Assembly (NCBI GenBank): GCA_036172245.1
Contig: JAYWIR010000050.1
Span: forward strand, 496,001 to 560,000
Origin: Raillietiella orientalis
Taxonomy: Eukaryota
Length of the DNA stretch: 64,000 nucleotides
Direction: 5' to 3'
Each line of letters begins with the position of its first letter. Positions within the stretch are counted from its first letter, which is position 1. Below are positions 60,800-64,000 of this stretch, one piece after another. A program made the translations under genes and the position numbers. The notes below the pieces were generated by a model. That model had not been told where the DNA came from. It ran no database searches and worked only from the letters and a program-made list of their open reading frames with translations.

Positions 60800-61738
60800 A
60801 GTCCCAACCCCAAGCCCCGCCCCTCGCCGCGGCGCTGTCTGCTTTAAGGGCAAGAGAAGACAGTTGCCTACCGGCAAGGTGGGAGGTCGCCTGCACCATC
60901 GCAGGAGCAACCTCACCCATGGACGGCTGGAGGACTAGCGAGCTGGCAGACGTCGCCACGCCTCGCAACATTTCGAAGGGACTCCTTCGGACGAGCGAAT
61001 TCCTGAGTGTACCCCCCCAAGAACTTGTGGTCCTTTTCTCGTGAGTAGACACTCCTGTTTCCCCTTCCATGGAAGCAGGACCTGATCCTGCTGGTGCATT
61101 TAGGCTTCCATTGCAGCCGGGTAGCAAGGTTGTTTCCGGGGGAGTTGCTTCCCCGAACTGTTGACGGTGCGGAGCAAGAGAAGCGCTCCCGCACCTACTT
61201 TTCGACTACGGTGTTCTCCAAGGACTGTGGAGGAAGTTGGCCTCAGCTATCTTGCATCAGGAGGACACCGCAAGGATGTATGTATTTAAATACACCGTTT
61301 CTTCTCGTTAGGTGGCCTGTCGTCAGGTGCGGTTGCGGAAACGGTCGGTTGCATCCGCGTCATCGTCACGGCCCGCCGGCGGCTGCAGTCGCAGGCGATT
61401 TTACGAGAGGTCACCAGTTTAGCCGACGAGAACATGACTCCCACTTCCAGGTGCCTCCAGAAGACGCGAGGTAGGAGATCTCCGGCATCCAACGCCGGTT
61501 CTGAAAGGAAGGAACTGCCGAAGCCAAAGATCCCTGTCCCCAATCCCTCCCCCTCTTACATCTTTTTTTCTATTTTTCATACATTTATTGGTGGTCCCCT
61601 CCTCCCCGTTACGGACTTTCGGTTATACCGACCGGCGTGTCGGGGATCCCTCCCACCGTATTTCTGTACCCTTCGTCTGGGAACCTTTGATCCCGGATAG
61701 TTTAGCAAGAAACGCCCCGGCGCACCCGGGTGTAAAGC
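60800..61738 (+). mobile_element. Non-LTR 3' fragment (GIQRRF subfamily) with complete 3'UTR
   Basis: WEVAC, HLGFHC, ISGIQRRF*, and UTR and terminal hairpin 61707-61737 matching 24556-24950. Confidence 0.7.
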
Positions 61739-62329
61739 AACTCATGTCTGCTGCCATGACGAACGTTTTTGAGAGCGTCCGACCCGGCAGGCAGGTCGAC
61801 ACGACATGGCCAGTAGTTTTTTCTTTTGTGGACTGTGGGAAACTTGGTAGCGGCAACTGACGTTTACGTCTCCGAAAGGCATAGAAGGCACGAGATGTTT
61901 GCATCCTCTTCTTCCTATTTCCCAGCAATGCGTTCTCGAAGTCAGGAGGGACGTCGGCGTGCTTGCTAGGTAGTCCTCGGCAGGATGGCAAACATTGAGA
62001 ATCTGCTTGGAGGTTAAAGCAATGCGGTTGACTGAAAGCGTAAGTTGCGATGCACAAATTCCATCGCCTCGGTGCTGCTCCGAGTTCTTGAACCTTCGAA
62101 GAGCTGGAGTGCTTCCCGCACCTGTCGACTCTTCTACGGGTTTCCATTGCTTCCCGTAGACGCGTGGTAAACCTGTTGGCAATCGGAACGACGCTCTGGA
62201 GGAGCGACTTGCCACCGGACACACAGGATAACCTCCTGATGTTTTATCATGGAGGAATCCTGTGCGGGACGGTAGCTTCGTGCACGGTATCACGTGACGC
62301 GGAATCTGCACAGAGATGGATGCGAATGC

Positions 62330-62420
62330 CAGATAAAATAAATCTGTGCTGCTGGAACGTTAACCGTCTGTCGTGCTCTGAAGACTCCAAGTGCGGGGAG
62401 GTAATTTGCATCACCCGGGT
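62330..62420 (+). mobile_element. Possible start of an APE endonuclease domain (ORF2 N-terminus)
   Basis: KINLCCWNVNRL resembles the hxhxTWNVNGL start of LINE endonucleases; truncated straight after. Confidence 0.35.
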
Positions 62421-64000
62421 GGTAACCCTTGGACGCTTGCTGCCGCGTTCCGGATGAGCCCCCTTTGGTCGAGGTCCTCTTGACCTTAAAGTTTCACGTC
62501 ATACTTGATGAGCTCGCACTAGAAGCCGAAAGGCACCTTCCTTGTGGCAGGCAGCACAGTGCTGGAAGCAGTGAGGTGGGAGCTTCTGGAAGCAGTAGCG
62601 AGGAAGCATCCATTTGAGCTGTACTAGGGCTCACCTCTGGAAATAGCGGATTCCTCTAGCGTTGCTTTAGTTTGCTCCCTCGACTTCATTTCAATTGCAT
62701 GATTTTTTCCTTCTCTAAAGTCATTACTTCTGCGCTGTTGCTTGCATAGGCATCCAATAGTTCGCGTTGTCTTTTCGCTGCAACAGGAACCGCCCTGGTG
62801 ACGAGAATTCCTCCTTTCGAAAGAAGCAGATTCCGCCACGATGCATGGAGGAGGCACGACGCAAGCTCCAAACTTGACTTCTTTACTGGCTTACCTTTCA
62901 GACCATCAGCGTAGTCCTCATGCAAAGGATCCACTGGCGAATGGCAACACCGATTTTCGTTCCACGTGAACCACCACACCAGCCCAGGAATCCACCAAGC
63001 ATCCTGCCACATTCTCCACCGCCCCGCAGACGTGGAGCTCTGCTGGATGCATTGCCAGCCACAGCTGCAGTTCCATGTGTTTAAGCAGTGACTCCGACAT
63101 CGGCAGCTCTACACATAGCTTGCTGAGTCTTTGGTGCCCTCACTACGTCACCTGGAATTCATGCTCCATCAGCTAAATTGATTCCATATTGCTAATTCGA
63201 TGATGAGTGCGCAGGGAATCAGCACACAAGCACGAAGCACATTACATGGAAAGTCGCATCTCTTGAGAAGGATCCTGTTGCTTTCTATTTGAACAAATGG
63301 AAACATTTTACCCTTCTTTTTACTTCTCACGAATCCTTTCCTTCGTGCATGGCAGTTTCCATTATCGCTGTCTTCTGCCAAGTTTTCTGAAGCAATGCCG
63401 ACTTCAGCATCTCCATTTTTCCTTACTGCTCACACTCCATCTTCATGATTAAAAGATGAAAAGTCACTCCCTCCATAGTTCCTTTTTTTTTTTTTTTCCG
63501 ATCAAATAAAACGTCGGATCACAGCGCCTTCGTGGGACCAAGCTCCCATCGGATGCCAATGCTCGCAGAGTGTTTACCGTGGGGACAGAAAGCCGCAGGA
63601 AGTGCGCGAGCCTCCGAGCCATTGCCGACGTAGAGGAAACAAGGGCATTGGGGGAGGATACGCTCGCATCAGTTTTCCGTAACCTAGGTAACGAAGTTGT
63701 ACTACAAACCAGGCAGAGCTTTCGTTCTTTTCCTATTTTTTTTCTGACTCTGAGATTTGTGCACATCGCATAAGATCGCTGCAACATGCCACTCCCGACC
63801 GACGGCAAAAGACAACCACCACGCCAGCCTTCACAGCCCCCACACAGGTCTAAGATCCCGGTCCCCGTCCCAGCCCCAATCGCGGAAAAAGAAGAGGCTG
63901 AGGAATCCCTTCCAGGAGCTGAAGCCTCCAGAGCACCTCGGATTCCAGTCCGCACACCCCCCCGGGATGCATCCGCGGTACCACTCCGCACTCCCCTCCA

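Noticed and set aside
63786..64000. Pro-rich ORF start MPLPTDGKRQ.. running off the window
   Set aside because: Could be a retroelement ORF1 start, but there is no diagnostic motif inside the window.

Overview
Eukaryotic (metazoan, compact-intron) genomic DNA; no prokaryotic features. Five intact spliced genes can be reconstructed by hand. Three are secreted, 9-exon pepsin-fold (A1 family) paralogues with degenerate catalytic motifs: A 11042-14186 (+), B 36020-39147 (-), C 47354-50982 (+). Two are copies of the piRNA-pathway gene ASZ1/GASZ with no coding differences I could see: 15478-17756 (+) and 32450-34728 (-). The genes sit in interlocking inverted repeats. A+ASZ1 and ASZ1+B form the arms of a ~28-kb palindrome-like duplication with mosaic identity: near-identical tracts (intron 4; stop codon through ASZ1) alternate with strongly diverged protease exons. 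B and C share an inverted, near-identical 2-kb promoter/exon 1/intron 1 block. The spacers and the right third of the window are a dense pile of decayed Tx1/L1-like non-LTR retrotransposon fragments in both orientations, sharing an AATAAA + CCCGG/CCGGG hairpin 3' terminus, plus one NeSL/Utopia-like fragment. Family assignments come from recalled motifs, not database searches.
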